The notes under the pieces are model-generated. The model did no database searches, had not been told where the DNA came from, and saw only the letters and a list, made by a program, of their open reading frames with translations. The position numbers and the translations under genes were made by a program. From Thermoproteota archaeon (GTDB taxonomy: Archaea; Asgardarchaeota; Njordarchaeia; Njordarchaeales; Panguiarchaeaceae), in assembly GCA_024720975.1 (NCBI GenBank), contig JANJXX010000002.1, forward strand, positions 96,001-160,000: a stretch of 64,000 nucleotides of DNA, in the 5' to 3' direction. Shown here piece by piece: positions 19,280-28,590 of this stretch; positions within the stretch are counted from its first letter, which is position 1, and every line of letters starts with the position of its first letter.

Positions 19280-20413
19280 ATGTTCTTATATGAGTACGAG
19301 GGAAAGTTCCTATTTCAGAGATTGGGAATTCCTACTCCACCAGGCAAAGTAGCAAATAATCTCGAAGAAGCAGTTAAGATTGCCGATGAGATAGGATACC
19401 CCGTGGTACTGAAGCCACAGATCATCGGTGGACGGCGAGGAAGAGCCGGAGCAATTCGTTTTGCAGAAAATCAGCAAGAATTAAGGACGAACTTTGAGGA
19501 ACTATCTAACCTAATAATCCATGGAAAAAAAGTGGAAAAAATTCTCATCGAGAAAAAAATTAACATAAAACATGAATACTATGTATCTTTTCTACTCGAT
19601 TTCTCCCACGCGAAGCCTGTATTAATTTTCTCCAGTGAGGGAGGAATAGAAATAGAAGAAATTGCCGCTAAATATCCTCAAAAACTGGTAACCTTGTACT
19701 TGAATCCAGAGGGGGACCTACAACCCTACACAATTTATAGCTCCCTGAATCGCGTAGGAATATTTGGCGACAATGCTAAGAAGTTTATACCTATTATAAT
19801 GAAGCTCTGGGAACTATTCTCAGAGTACGAACTGATCTTAGCTGAAATAAATCCTTTAGCTGAGACGCCTGAGGGTGAGCTGGTGGCTTTAGATGCTAGA
19901 ATCATCGCAGATGACAATGCAGAATTCCGCCAGAGTTACATCAAGGAGTTTAAGGCTTCAAGGGGAGGTTTAGAATCAGTCGAATACAAGGCTAAGGAGA
20001 AAGGGTTATCGTTTGTTGTTATTGATGAGGAAGGGGATATTGGGATTATAGGAAATGGTGCAGGACTAACACTGGCAACAGTCGACATAGTTAGACTCCT
20101 CGGCGGAAAGCCTGCAAACTTCTTGGATGTGGGAGGCGGCGCGAGTGCAGAACGCATACGAAATGCAGTACAAACATTACTGCTAATGAAGAACCTTAAA
20201 AAGATATTCGTCAACATATTCGGCGGGATCACTAGATGCGATGAGGTAGCTAAAGGACTTGTAAGAGCCTTGGAGGAATTAAATCTGAAAGTACCGATGA
20301 TTGTAAGACTAACCGGAACGCTTGAGGATGAAGGAAGGAGGATCCTGAGGGAGGTGGGCATAGAGGCCTATAATCAAATGCTTGAAGCAGCAAGGAAAGT
20401 TGTCATGGGGTGA
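19280..20413 (+). CDS. sucC: Succinyl-CoA synthetase beta subunit
   Basis: LYEYEGK, GRRGRAG, EINPL, GNGAGL, NFLDVGGG and NIFGGI motifs. Confidence 0.95.
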   Translation: MFLYEYEGKFLFQRLGIPTPPGKVANNLEEAVKIADEIGYPVVLKPQIIGGRRGRAGAIRFAENQQELRTNFEELSNLIIHGKKVEKILIEKKINIKHEYYVSFLLDFSHAKPVLIFSSEGGIEIEEIAAKYPQKLVTLYLNPEGDLQPYTIYSSLNRVGIFGDNAKKFIPIIMKLWELFSEYELILAEINPLAETPEGELVALDARIIADDNAEFRQSYIKEFKASRGGLESVEYKAKEKGLSFVVIDEEGDIGIIGNGAGLTLATVDIVRLLGGKPANFLDVGGGASAERIRNAVQTLLLMKNLKKIFVNIFGGITRCDEVAKGLVRALEELNLKVPMIVRLTGTLEDEGRRILREVGIEAYNQMLEAARKVVMG

Positions 20414-20417
20414 TCAT

Positions 20418-21287
20418 ATGGCGATTTTGGTGAATAAAGATTCAAAAGTTGTTGTACAGGGCATAACAGGTCGTGAAGGTTCATTTCATACAAAGCTAAT
20501 GATAGAATACGGAACGAAGATTGTAGCAGGTGTCACGCCCGGAAAAGGAGGCAGTGAAGTTCATGGAATTCCTGTATATGACAGTATCGAAAGCGCCATG
20601 AAAGAGCATGAAATAGACGCCAGCATCATATTCGTTCCAGCAAATTTCGCATTAAGTGCCGTTTATGAAGCCATTGATGCTGGACTGAGCCCAATAGTGG
20701 TAATTACAGAGGGTATACCCGTATGGGATACAATGAAATTCGTGAACAAAGCCAAGAGCAAGGGCTTGTGTATAATAGGTCCAAATTGTCCTGGGATAAT
20801 AGTTCCAGAGGAGACAAAAATAGGTATAATGCCAGGACACGTGTTTACTAAAGGTGACGTAGCAATAATATCGCGGAGCGGAACATTAACATATGAGGTC
20901 GCCCAAATATGCAGCCTAAATGGCCTTGGACAGAGCGTTGTTATAGGGCTCGGAGGCGATCCTATAAGGGGACTAACAATCCCAGAGGCACTAAAGATGC
21001 TTGAAAGCGATCCTGAAACCAAAAAAATCGTTATCATTGGAGAAATTGGAGGTACAGAGGAGGAGGAAGCTGCTGAACTTATCAAGAAAGGTGAAATTAC
21101 TAAACCTACAGTGGCGTATATTGCAGGAGCAACAATTAAACGCACAGGGGTTTCATTCGGGCATGCAGGCGCGATAATACTAGGTGAAAAAGGTAAACCT
21201 GAAACAAAAATAAAAGCATTCCAGGAAGCCGGAGTACCCGTTGTGAGGTTCCCTCATGAAATACCTGATGCTCTTAAAGAGCTATAG
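20418..21287 (+). CDS. sucD: Succinyl-CoA synthetase alpha subunit
   Basis: VQGITG, GPNCPG, SRSGTL and phospho-His FGHAGA motifs. Confidence 0.95.
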   Translation: MAILVNKDSKVVVQGITGREGSFHTKLMIEYGTKIVAGVTPGKGGSEVHGIPVYDSIESAMKEHEIDASIIFVPANFALSAVYEAIDAGLSPIVVITEGIPVWDTMKFVNKAKSKGLCIIGPNCPGIIVPEETKIGIMPGHVFTKGDVAIISRSGTLTYEVAQICSLNGLGQSVVIGLGGDPIRGLTIPEALKMLESDPETKKIVIIGEIGGTEEEEAAELIKKGEITKPTVAYIAGATIKRTGVSFGHAGAIILGEKGKPETKIKAFQEAGVPVVRFPHEIPDALKEL

Positions 21288-21378
21288 CTAGTTTTATGCA
21301 ATTGAACATTGAAATTGCAAAGTAATATAATGAAAAACGAGTACTTAACATATAGCCACAGTTGAATAGGCGACGATA

Positions 21379-21720
21379 ATGCCTGAAAAGGCAGATGAAA
21401 AAATCCAAAAGCTTGAGCTAATTCAAAAAGAGCAAGTCAAATTCGTGGAGCTTCCTGATGTAGTAGAGCTATACTTTGAGAGGGCTGATAAACCCGGCCG
21501 TGGAATAACAATAACAGTGCCAATAACGGAGCTGTTCGAGAACATCGTGCGTGAGGCTGCCAAGAAGCTCAACTTCAAGAATACACAAGTTGGAGTTCTA
21601 GGAGGTTCTACTCCAGTATCCTTCGTAGGAAAAACTGTTAAAGATGTTATCAAAGAGACATCAAGCGTAAACTTTCAGATTGCTTCCGCTGAAATGCTTG
21701 GGATAACTGGAAGCACTTAA
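21379..21720 (+). CDS. UFM1-like ubiquitin-fold protein
   Basis: By-eye alignment to UFM1: VPITELFENIVREAA vs [21 protein letters not shown] vs QTAGNV, C-terminal LG-ITGST vs VG-SC. Confidence 0.6.
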   Translation: MPEKADEKIQKLELIQKEQVKFVELPDVVELYFERADKPGRGITITVPITELFENIVREAAKKLNFKNTQVGVLGGSTPVSFVGKTVKDVIKETSSVNFQIASAEMLGITGST

Positions 21721-21795
21721 TCTTAGCTTCTTTATTTGATTTCGATTTCTGATTCATGATTAGAGCAAACTTTAAGCGTCCCATTAGTATTTCTG

Positions 21796-22518
21796 GTGGC
21801 AACTCGGTTGGCCGTTCACATTGATAACATACTTTGGAGAACCATAACGAAGATTATTAAAGGTGACACCAACGAGCGAGCTTTTTACCTAGTTGGTTTT
21901 TCTGATGGAGAAAATTACTATGTTATAGAGAGCTTTGAGATTCAATATAAAACTAAAACTCAAGCGTGCATAGTCTCTGATCCGTACGGACGGTTAATAC
22001 TATCAAGTTCACTTCCCGCTGGAGTTAGTATAATAGGTGTAAGTCACAGTCATCCGTTTGACTATAGCAATGAAAAGCCAAAGCCATCAACCATGGATTT
22101 GAGTTTTGTCTACAATTACAAGGAGGAGATAATAATGACAATTAATTCCACTGGGAAAGCGAGTGCTGTGAGATTCTCGGAAGATCTTGAGGAACTCGAT
22201 ATAAAAGTTAGAGACTTCCCAGAAAAACCCAAAGTCCTTCGCATCAAGGGTGTGTACATGGTATTTCCCTGGTGGGCATCTGACGAGATGATAAGACTCA
22301 AAGCACCAAGACTTTATGGAGAAATTCTTTATCGGCTACACTTTCACGCTTACCTTAAAGGAAAAAGAAAGATTGTCGTGCCTCCATATGAGTGGTTCTT
22401 CGTGAGACAAAAGTATGCAATACCCCACGTAGCTTTTGGCAAACTTCGAAATATCGCAAAAGAATATTTACTGAACAATAGTGTCACTAAATTTGCGCAG
22501 AATGTTCATTCCCAATAA
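21796..22518 (+). CDS. JAB/MPN+ (JAMM) metalloprotease with C-terminal extension
   Basis: Catalytic Glu in NERAFYLVG and the HSHP...PSTMD JAMM motif. Confidence 0.8.
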   Translation: MATRLAVHIDNILWRTITKIIKGDTNERAFYLVGFSDGENYYVIESFEIQYKTKTQACIVSDPYGRLILSSSLPAGVSIIGVSHSHPFDYSNEKPKPSTMDLSFVYNYKEEIIMTINSTGKASAVRFSEDLEELDIKVRDFPEKPKVLRIKGVYMVFPWWASDEMIRLKAPRLYGEILYRLHFHAYLKGKRKIVVPPYEWFFVRQKYAIPHVAFGKLRNIAKEYLLNNSVTKFAQNVHSQ

Positions 22519-23010
22519 ATATCGTTTACATTTATCGCAAAAGTCATCAAACTTTAGATCAAGCTCTAGCAAGGAGTTCGCAAAAACCATTACACAACGC
22601 CTATTGCAATGCAAAAGACCGAAGACATGTCCTAACTCATGTTTAATTGTTTTTGAGACCCTTGCATGATAAAGGTTCTGGTCTGGGCTTTTGAGTCTCC
22701 ATGTACTTATAACGCATCCCACAAATGGCAGCGCCACGCCAAAAACGTAATTCAAACCCGGAACAAAGATATCCCTATGTAGCATCACCATGAACAAGCC
22801 ATCTATGATGCCGCTAGCTACTACATTTAGTAGATTCTCCGCATTGTATTGCCTGCGATAACGGTCATAGGCGATTTTTAGATTTATCTTAAGGGGTGCT
22901 AACTTTAGTCTCAAGTTAAAAAATTTCTCAATCGTTTCAACGGCGAATTCTTTGGCTAAATCATCAACAGATTCATCAACAAGCAAGTAGAGATCTCTAG
23001 TACTTCTCAT
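22468..23010 (-). CDS. amzA: Archaemetzincin (M54 Zn protease)
   Basis: RRQYNA, LNYVFG, HELGHVFGLLHC...CVM...S...D...FCDKC. Confidence 0.92.
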   Translation of the reverse strand: MRSTRDLYLLVDESVDDLAKEFAVETIEKFFNLRLKLAPLKINLKIAYDRYRRQYNAENLLNVVASGIIDGLFMVMLHRDIFVPGLNYVFGVALPFVGCVISTWRLKSPDQNLYHARVSKTIKHELGHVFGLLHCNRRCVMVFANSLLELDLKFDDFCDKCKRYLLGMNILRKFSDTIVQ

Positions 23011-23110
23011 TGATAAAGCCCAAGATCTAATTTTTCGAAACTATTACTTCAGATTTGCTATAGCAACAATAGGATTATAATATAGAGCAGCGTGATTTTA
23101 TTATTAGTAG

Positions 23111-23172
23111 AATTGAGATGATGAAGACAGCGGAGCCTGAGTAGTGATGATGCTCCAACACTTCTGACAATT
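23111..23172 (+). ncRNA. Box C/D guide sRNA
   Basis: C box ATGATGA 23118-24, D' CTGA 23137-40, C' GTGATGA 23144-50, D CTGA 23164-67; 12- and 13-nt guides; AATTG/CAATT terminal stem; intergenic. Confidence 0.88.
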
Positions 23173-23190
23173 AATTCTAAGGGATCATAT

Positions 23191-23979
23191 GTGAACAGTT
23201 CAATTCCGATACAACACGCGCAAGTGGTTTACATAATGGGCTTTGCTGGTTCAGGAAAATCTACTTTAGTTTCTTCATTCGCTGAATATTTAAGTGAGCG
23301 CAAATTCAGCGTGGCGTGTGTGAATTTAGATCCAGGCGCTGAAGTTCTTCCGTACAAACCCGATTACGATGTAAGATCAGTTGTAAAACTAGTGGATGTT
23401 ATGCGCAAGGAAAGGCTCGGGCCAAATGGAGGCCTCATACGCGCAGTTGAGATTATTACAAACAAGATCACCGAGATCGTTAAACCGATTCAGAAATTAG
23501 CATTTTCAAGAGACTGGCTGCTCATCGATACAACTGGCCAGCTTGAGCTATTTGCATTTCGAGAACTCGGTGAAACCCTAATAAGAATGCTCAACGTTCG
23601 CAGCATTGGGGTCTATCTTGTGGATGCTTCTATGATTTCTAAGCCGTCTGACATAGTCTTAAGTCAATTGATTTCCCTTGCCATCAGACTTAGATTAGGC
23701 ATCGATATTGTTGTAGCAATAAATAAAATAGATGCCGAGAGGGTGAATACGCGTGAACTCATGGAGGAGTTTCTACTTAGGGTAGGTGATTTCAAGGAAC
23801 GTCTTAGAAAAGAAAATCTGGGTGTCCTTACTGATCTTACGTACGATCTAGTAGATTTCCTTATAAGTTACTTCCCCCCTGCGCGTATTATTACAATCTC
23901 TGCAAAAAATAAGACTGGATTTGATGATTTATACTCAATTTTGCATGAGATTTTCTGCGTCTGCGGCGATTTAACTTAG
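23191..23979 (+). CDS. GPN-loop GTPase (paralog 1)
   Basis: GFAGSGKS, NLDPG, LGPNGG, DTTGQLE, NKID, C-terminal CVCGDLT. Confidence 0.93.
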   Translation: MNSSIPIQHAQVVYIMGFAGSGKSTLVSSFAEYLSERKFSVACVNLDPGAEVLPYKPDYDVRSVVKLVDVMRKERLGPNGGLIRAVEIITNKITEIVKPIQKLAFSRDWLLIDTTGQLELFAFRELGETLIRMLNVRSIGVYLVDASMISKPSDIVLSQLISLAIRLRLGIDIVVAINKIDAERVNTRELMEEFLLRVGDFKERLRKENLGVLTDLTYDLVDFLISYFPPARIITISAKNKTGFDDLYSILHEIFCVCGDLT

Positions 23980-24016
23980 ACTCTGTAGTTTTAGAGTATA
24001 GGATATCATAGGTCTA

Positions 24017-25837
24017 TTACAACTCGAGCGGTATTTGAATGCCATACTTCTCGGCAAGCAGCTTAGATTCGTTATGTAACACTTCATAGAATCTTTTGAA
24101 TGCCTCCTCATTGACACCAATGACTCTTTCTGCCTTCTCATCTAGCAAGGCCCAGTTAAACTTTAGAGAAACAAGCATTTTTGTAGACTCCAGTCTTTCT
24201 ATTTCTTCCACTGGAACCACTTCGGTAAATCTTATCATAATCTCATAGTATTTCATAAATGCCTCTAAGATCCTGGCTTGTATTTCCGGTGGTGTATAAC
24301 GATCAGCAACGTCATAGGCATTTTGAACGAGATAACCATCCTTAAACATCTTAGTAAACCGAAGAATAAATCTCTCTTTGTTTTGCAGAGCTTTTTCACC
24401 GACGATTTTTGAAATATCTTCGATGCGCGTGCCCTCCTCAAGAATGCCAAGGGCTTTCGCACGATGATCAAAGAACTTTGGAGCTTTAAATTCCTTAGCA
24501 AAGTACTCTCTGAGTAAATCAACACAACTAGAGAATGAGAGCGCCCAGTTTATCGATGGAAAATGCCTTGCAAAGGCAAGCTTTTTATCAAGTGTCCAAA
24601 GGACCCCAATGAAGCGCATAGTTGTTGCTGTCACGGGCTCTATAAAGTCACCTCCTGGAGGTGAAACCGCACCCATTATTGTTAACGAGCCCTCACGTGG
24701 ATTTTTACCTAGAGTTACTACACGACCTGCGCGCTCATAAAACGCCGCTATATATTGTACAATATAGGCTGGAAAACCTTCCTCAACAGGGACATCTCCT
24801 AATCTTCCTCCGAGTTCCCTAACTGCCTCCATCCAACGTGATGTTGAATCAGCCATCATTGCTACATTGTATCCTTGGTCCCTGAAATATTCACCAATTG
24901 TCGCTCCAAGATACACAGAGGCCTCCCTTGCAGCAACTGGCAGATTGGAGACATTGGCAATGAATACAGATCTTTCAATTAACTTGTGTCCTGTACGCGG
25001 ATCATCAAGTTCGGGAAAGTGCGTTACAACATCAGCCATTTCATTTCCTCTTTCACCACAACCGACATATATTATTATATCGGCCCAGCTCCATTTGGCA
25101 AGATTTTGCAAAGTAACAGTTTTTCCAGTACCAAATCCACCAGGTATTGCTGCTGAACCACCCATAGCAATGGGGAAGAATGTATCTATGACCCTCATTC
25201 CTGTGATTAGAGGTTTAGTAGGGGGCAATTTCTCCCTTACAGGTCTTGGAATCTTAACGGGCCACTCTTGAACCATTGTAACTTCTATTCTCTTCCCGTC
25301 ACTAGTTTCTAAGGTTGCAAACGGCTCCTTGATTGTGTATTTTCCTTCTCGAATATCGATGATTTTAGCCCTTCTAAATCCATGAGGAGCCAGTATTCTA
25401 TGTTCTATCACTTTTGTCTCTGGAACTTTGCCGAGGATGTCTACAGGTTCTACCTCATCTCCCTCCTTTAGAGCAGGTATAAATGTCCACCTCTTCTTTG
25501 TATCAAGGGGCTCTAATTTTACTCCTCTTGGAACAAAAGGCCCGTATCTATGCCAGACTTCAGTAAGAGGATTTTGAAGTCCATCATAGATCTGCTTAAG
25601 AATTCCCGGTCCTAGCTTTGCTGTTAATGGTTTTCCAGTATTTTCTACTGGATCTTTTGGCTTAACACCACTTGTATCCTCATAAACTTGCACAAACACT
25701 CTATTGAGACTTATTCTAATTATCTCTCCTATAAGTTTGTTCTCTCCAATATAAACTACATCTCCAACTTTTGGATTTGGCACATTCTCCGCAACTACAA
25801 GTGGTCCTGAAACCCTAACTACATAACCAGCAGTAAT
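24017..25837 (-). CDS. atpA: A/V-type ATP synthase subunit A, probable ATT start
   Basis: GGFGTGKT, GCGERGNE, DSTSRW and SPPGGD motifs. The conserved N-terminus GYVVRVSGPLVVAE lies upstream of the ORF-track start. Confidence 0.93.
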   Translation of the reverse strand: MTAGYVVRVSGPLVVAENVPNPKVGDVVYIGENKLIGEIIRISLNRVFVQVYEDTSGVKPKDPVENTGKPLTAKLGPGILKQIYDGLQNPLTEVWHRYGPFVPRGVKLEPLDTKKRWTFIPALKEGDEVEPVDILGKVPETKVIEHRILAPHGFRRAKIIDIREGKYTIKEPFATLETSDGKRIEVTMVQEWPVKIPRPVREKLPPTKPLITGMRVIDTFFPIAMGGSAAIPGGFGTGKTVTLQNLAKWSWADIIIYVGCGERGNEMADVVTHFPELDDPRTGHKLIERSVFIANVSNLPVAAREASVYLGATIGEYFRDQGYNVAMMADSTSRWMEAVRELGGRLGDVPVEEGFPAYIVQYIAAFYERAGRVVTLGKNPREGSLTIMGAVSPPGGDFIEPVTATTMRFIGVLWTLDKKLAFARHFPSINWALSFSSCVDLLREYFAKEFKAPKFFDHRAKALGILEEGTRIEDISKIVGEKALQNKERFILRFTKMFKDGYLVQNAYDVADRYTPPEIQARILEAFMKYYEIMIRFTEVVPVEEIERLESTKMLVSLKFNWALLDEKAERVIGVNEEAFKRFYEVLHNESKLLAEKYGIQIPLEL

Positions 25838-26013
25838 TTCTTTTCACCAGATTGATCGGTCTCAATTTATATTGAGTTTGAGCATTTATATTTAGCTCAT
25901 CTACATATTTAAATATTTTCCCCAAATAAATGAAATTCTCTGTAGGAGCTTTTCTCTTCCTTAAATATTGAGAAATTATTCATTTTCAGGAATAGGTATG
26001 TTCGGTGGTATTC

Positions 26014-26337
26014 TTGCCGCATAAGAGGAAAAATAGAGGAAGGAAAAAGGGAAAAGACGCTGGACACGTAAAATACGTCCATTGCACACTATGCCACGCG
26101 CGGGTTCCGGCCGACAAGGCTGTAAAGAGAGTATACTGGGGATCTCCAATAGCTGGCGCTATTGCAAAAGAGCTTACCTCACAGGGAACTTTAATCACAA
26201 ACGAGCGAAGAACTGTATACTACTGCATTAGATGCGCAATGTTCCATGGTATTGTTAAAATCCGTCCGAGAGACGAGAGAAAGAAAATACCTGAAGAAAT
26301 TCTAGAGAAGAGATTTCGAAGTATCTTAGGTGCTTAA
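26014..26337 (+). CDS. rps26e: 30S ribosomal protein eS26
   Basis: PHKRKNRGR, CTLC..VPADKA, YYCIRCA..HGIVKIR. Confidence 0.93.
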   Translation: MPHKRKNRGRKKGKDAGHVKYVHCTLCHARVPADKAVKRVYWGSPIAGAIAKELTSQGTLITNERRTVYYCIRCAMFHGIVKIRPRDERKKIPEEILEKRFRSILGA

Positions 26338-26458
26338 TAAATAGTTCTAATACGCATACTTTATTATTTTCTAGTTATTACAAAGACGTGTTTTGCAAAC
26401 GCTAAGCTATAATGCTACCTTCAAACATTATAGAAATCCAAGAACCAATAATATTGAA

Positions 26459-27328
26459 TCAATCCAACCACCAATCTTTATTAAGGACTTCATTCAGTGA
26501 TCTCTTCAGGAGTACATAGAAGCATCTTCTTCTATCCGCCGAGTATATGAGGTCGGCCACAATATATCCCTTTGAGAGGTAATTCTTAAACAACTCGCGC
26601 GTGCCCATGCGCCAATCGGTTGCAAGCTTGAGACTCCGCTCTTTTATTTCATTGAAATTTAGTGGTATTTCCACTGCTAATATTTTCTCATGCACGGACG
26701 TTTCATAGTCTTTTAGAACCACTAAGTTTGTACCTTCAATCCTCGTTTGGGTAACAACAGTCACCTCAAGATCCTCAATATGTGGGGGTCTATTTTCTCC
26801 TCTGATTCTGCTTACCACCCTTGGTGAAAGAATATACCACTCGACGAAAAATCTGTCTGTTGAAACCCCTTGATTTAATCCATCTCGTAATTCGCCGTAT
26901 AGATTTTCAATGTATTCTCTACTAACTACACCCAGTTTCACAAAGTTAAAGTATGCATTCTTGGCTTGGAGTGGATCAAAAGTCCATCTAATTAGATCTA
27001 TTCCCATATTAATGGCATATTCTCGTTGTTTGAGCTTGAGCATAGCGCCTATGCCAGAGTTTTGGTACTTCCTTTTGACCCCCACCTGATGCGAATGTAG
27101 ATATAATTTTTTATTATGAATTCCCAGAAAACCAAAGACATAGCCAGCAGGTTCCTCTCCACAGTAGGCAAGAAAAACACAGTTGCCTGACATTTGAGCC
27201 GCTCTGAGTACGTGGGCAGGCGTTATTGTTATGTCCTCAGCGTTCCAGGCGTCTCTTTGTATTTCTTCCATGGCCTTAAATTCATCGGGATTCTCCGGGA
27301 TAACTATCTTTACCTTTGTTACTTCCAT
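26459..27328 (-). CDS. GNAT acyltransferase (D-amino acid N-succinyltransferase-like)
   Basis: LHSHQVGV, QNSGIG..LKLKQR, WTFDPLQAKNAYFN..KLG, TDRF.VEW. Near an NSAR/OSBS gene. Confidence 0.85.
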   Translation of the reverse strand: MEVTKVKIVIPENPDEFKAMEEIQRDAWNAEDITITPAHVLRAAQMSGNCVFLAYCGEEPAGYVFGFLGIHNKKLYLHSHQVGVKRKYQNSGIGAMLKLKQREYAINMGIDLIRWTFDPLQAKNAYFNFVKLGVVSREYIENLYGELRDGLNQGVSTDRFFVEWYILSPRVVSRIRGENRPPHIEDLEVTVVTQTRIEGTNLVVLKDYETSVHEKILAVEIPLNFNEIKERSLKLATDWRMGTRELFKNYLSKGYIVADLIYSADRRRCFYVLLKRSLNEVLNKDWWLD

Positions 27329-28508
27329 TCTCCCTCTCCGTCTGCTCAGTCTCTACTTCTTGTCCTACAAGTGGACGCAATTCTTCAAACGGAGATATAG
27401 GCAACAATTGCAGGAACTCTCTTAGTACTTTAGAATCCACCAAGTAAAGTATGAGTATATCATTTTGCTCAAATTTCTCTGGCATGAATATTCTTGCAGC
27501 TCTCTTAACAGCAAGGACCTTGATACGATGATCGAAATCGCTCTCAATGTCAGAGGGTCTTCGTCCCACGTAATCTTTTGGTACAGGAGCTTCAATGGCA
27601 GTTGCGTAAGCAAAGCCTAGCCCTAAGCGTCTTACGAGTTCACGACTAGTCAAATCTATGTCATCCAATACTACTACATTTTTGATTGATTTGCCTACAA
27701 GGTCGAGAAGAGGTGGTTTGTTGCGTGATAGAAGAATTATCGGTACGTCTGGGTTTACTTTTCGAACATTTACAAGTATATGCTGCGCTAATTGAGGTTC
27801 ATCAACGAGTATCAATACCTTTAGTGCATTTTTGAACTCAATTTTATTGTATAGGATTTCATCTGCTAAAGCTTCCGGTGTATCCAAAGTAAGTAAATCT
27901 ATATAAGTTTTTACTTCCATCATCCAAGGTTTTTCTTTTTCAGCTATCAGAGCCACAAGGGGTCCAAAGCCCATATTACATAGCGATTTAACAAAGTTAT
28001 GCACTAGCTGATTACTGCCAAAGACATATATTACCGTCTTCTTTGATTTAACCCTAACTGAGAAATGCTCTAACTTAGGTCGCATGAATGCTGACAATAT
28101 AGCACCTGCAAGTACTCCAATGAAGTATAAAGGATTTATCCTGGAGGAAAATAAAGTCTGAGTCAGACCACTAAGGGAGAAAGAAATCGGACTTAGTTCT
28201 ATTAAACTCGATAGCAGCGGAACAATGTAATTATTATAGAAGAAGACCACAACAATTACGAGTGATGCAACAAAAAGTATAAATATGGCAAGATATAGTA
28301 CAAGCTTAAGCAAAGCTGCAACTTTAATCAGGTACTTCGCATAATTGTACGTGTGTTTAATAAGCTTCATAATCATGCTCTTGTAAATTTTATACCTTAT
28401 CCGATACTTCCGAAATATATCCGTTCGGAAGAAAATCACTAAAAATATGACCAGCAGCAGTAAAATTATCGGAGGAAGCCAGTAAAGTATATTGATCATA
28501 CTAGTCAT
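27282..28508 (-). CDS. Membrane protein with RCK/TrkA-like cytoplasmic domain
   Basis: Three TM segments, then a Rossmann-like start (VIYVFGSNQLV) and an RCK_C-like segment (YVGRRP..IKVLAVKR). Confidence 0.55.
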   Translation of the reverse strand: MTSMINILYWLPPIILLLLVIFLVIFFRTDIFRKYRIRYKIYKSMIMKLIKHTYNYAKYLIKVAALLKLVLYLAIFILFVASLVIVVVFFYNNYIVPLLSSLIELSPISFSLSGLTQTLFSSRINPLYFIGVLAGAILSAFMRPKLEHFSVRVKSKKTVIYVFGSNQLVHNFVKSLCNMGFGPLVALIAEKEKPWMMEVKTYIDLLTLDTPEALADEILYNKIEFKNALKVLILVDEPQLAQHILVNVRKVNPDVPIILLSRNKPPLLDLVGKSIKNVVVLDDIDLTSRELVRRLGLGFAYATAIEAPVPKDYVGRRPSDIESDFDHRIKVLAVKRAARIFMPEKFEQNDILILYLVDSKVLREFLQLLPISPFEELRPLVGQEVETEQTERENGSNKGKDSYPGESR

Positions 28509-28590
28509 CTTGCAAACGTGCTCTATAACAACTTGCTTAATTCTAGAATCTAAGAATTATTACCAATGAGTTTTTTAAGTCAGATACCAC

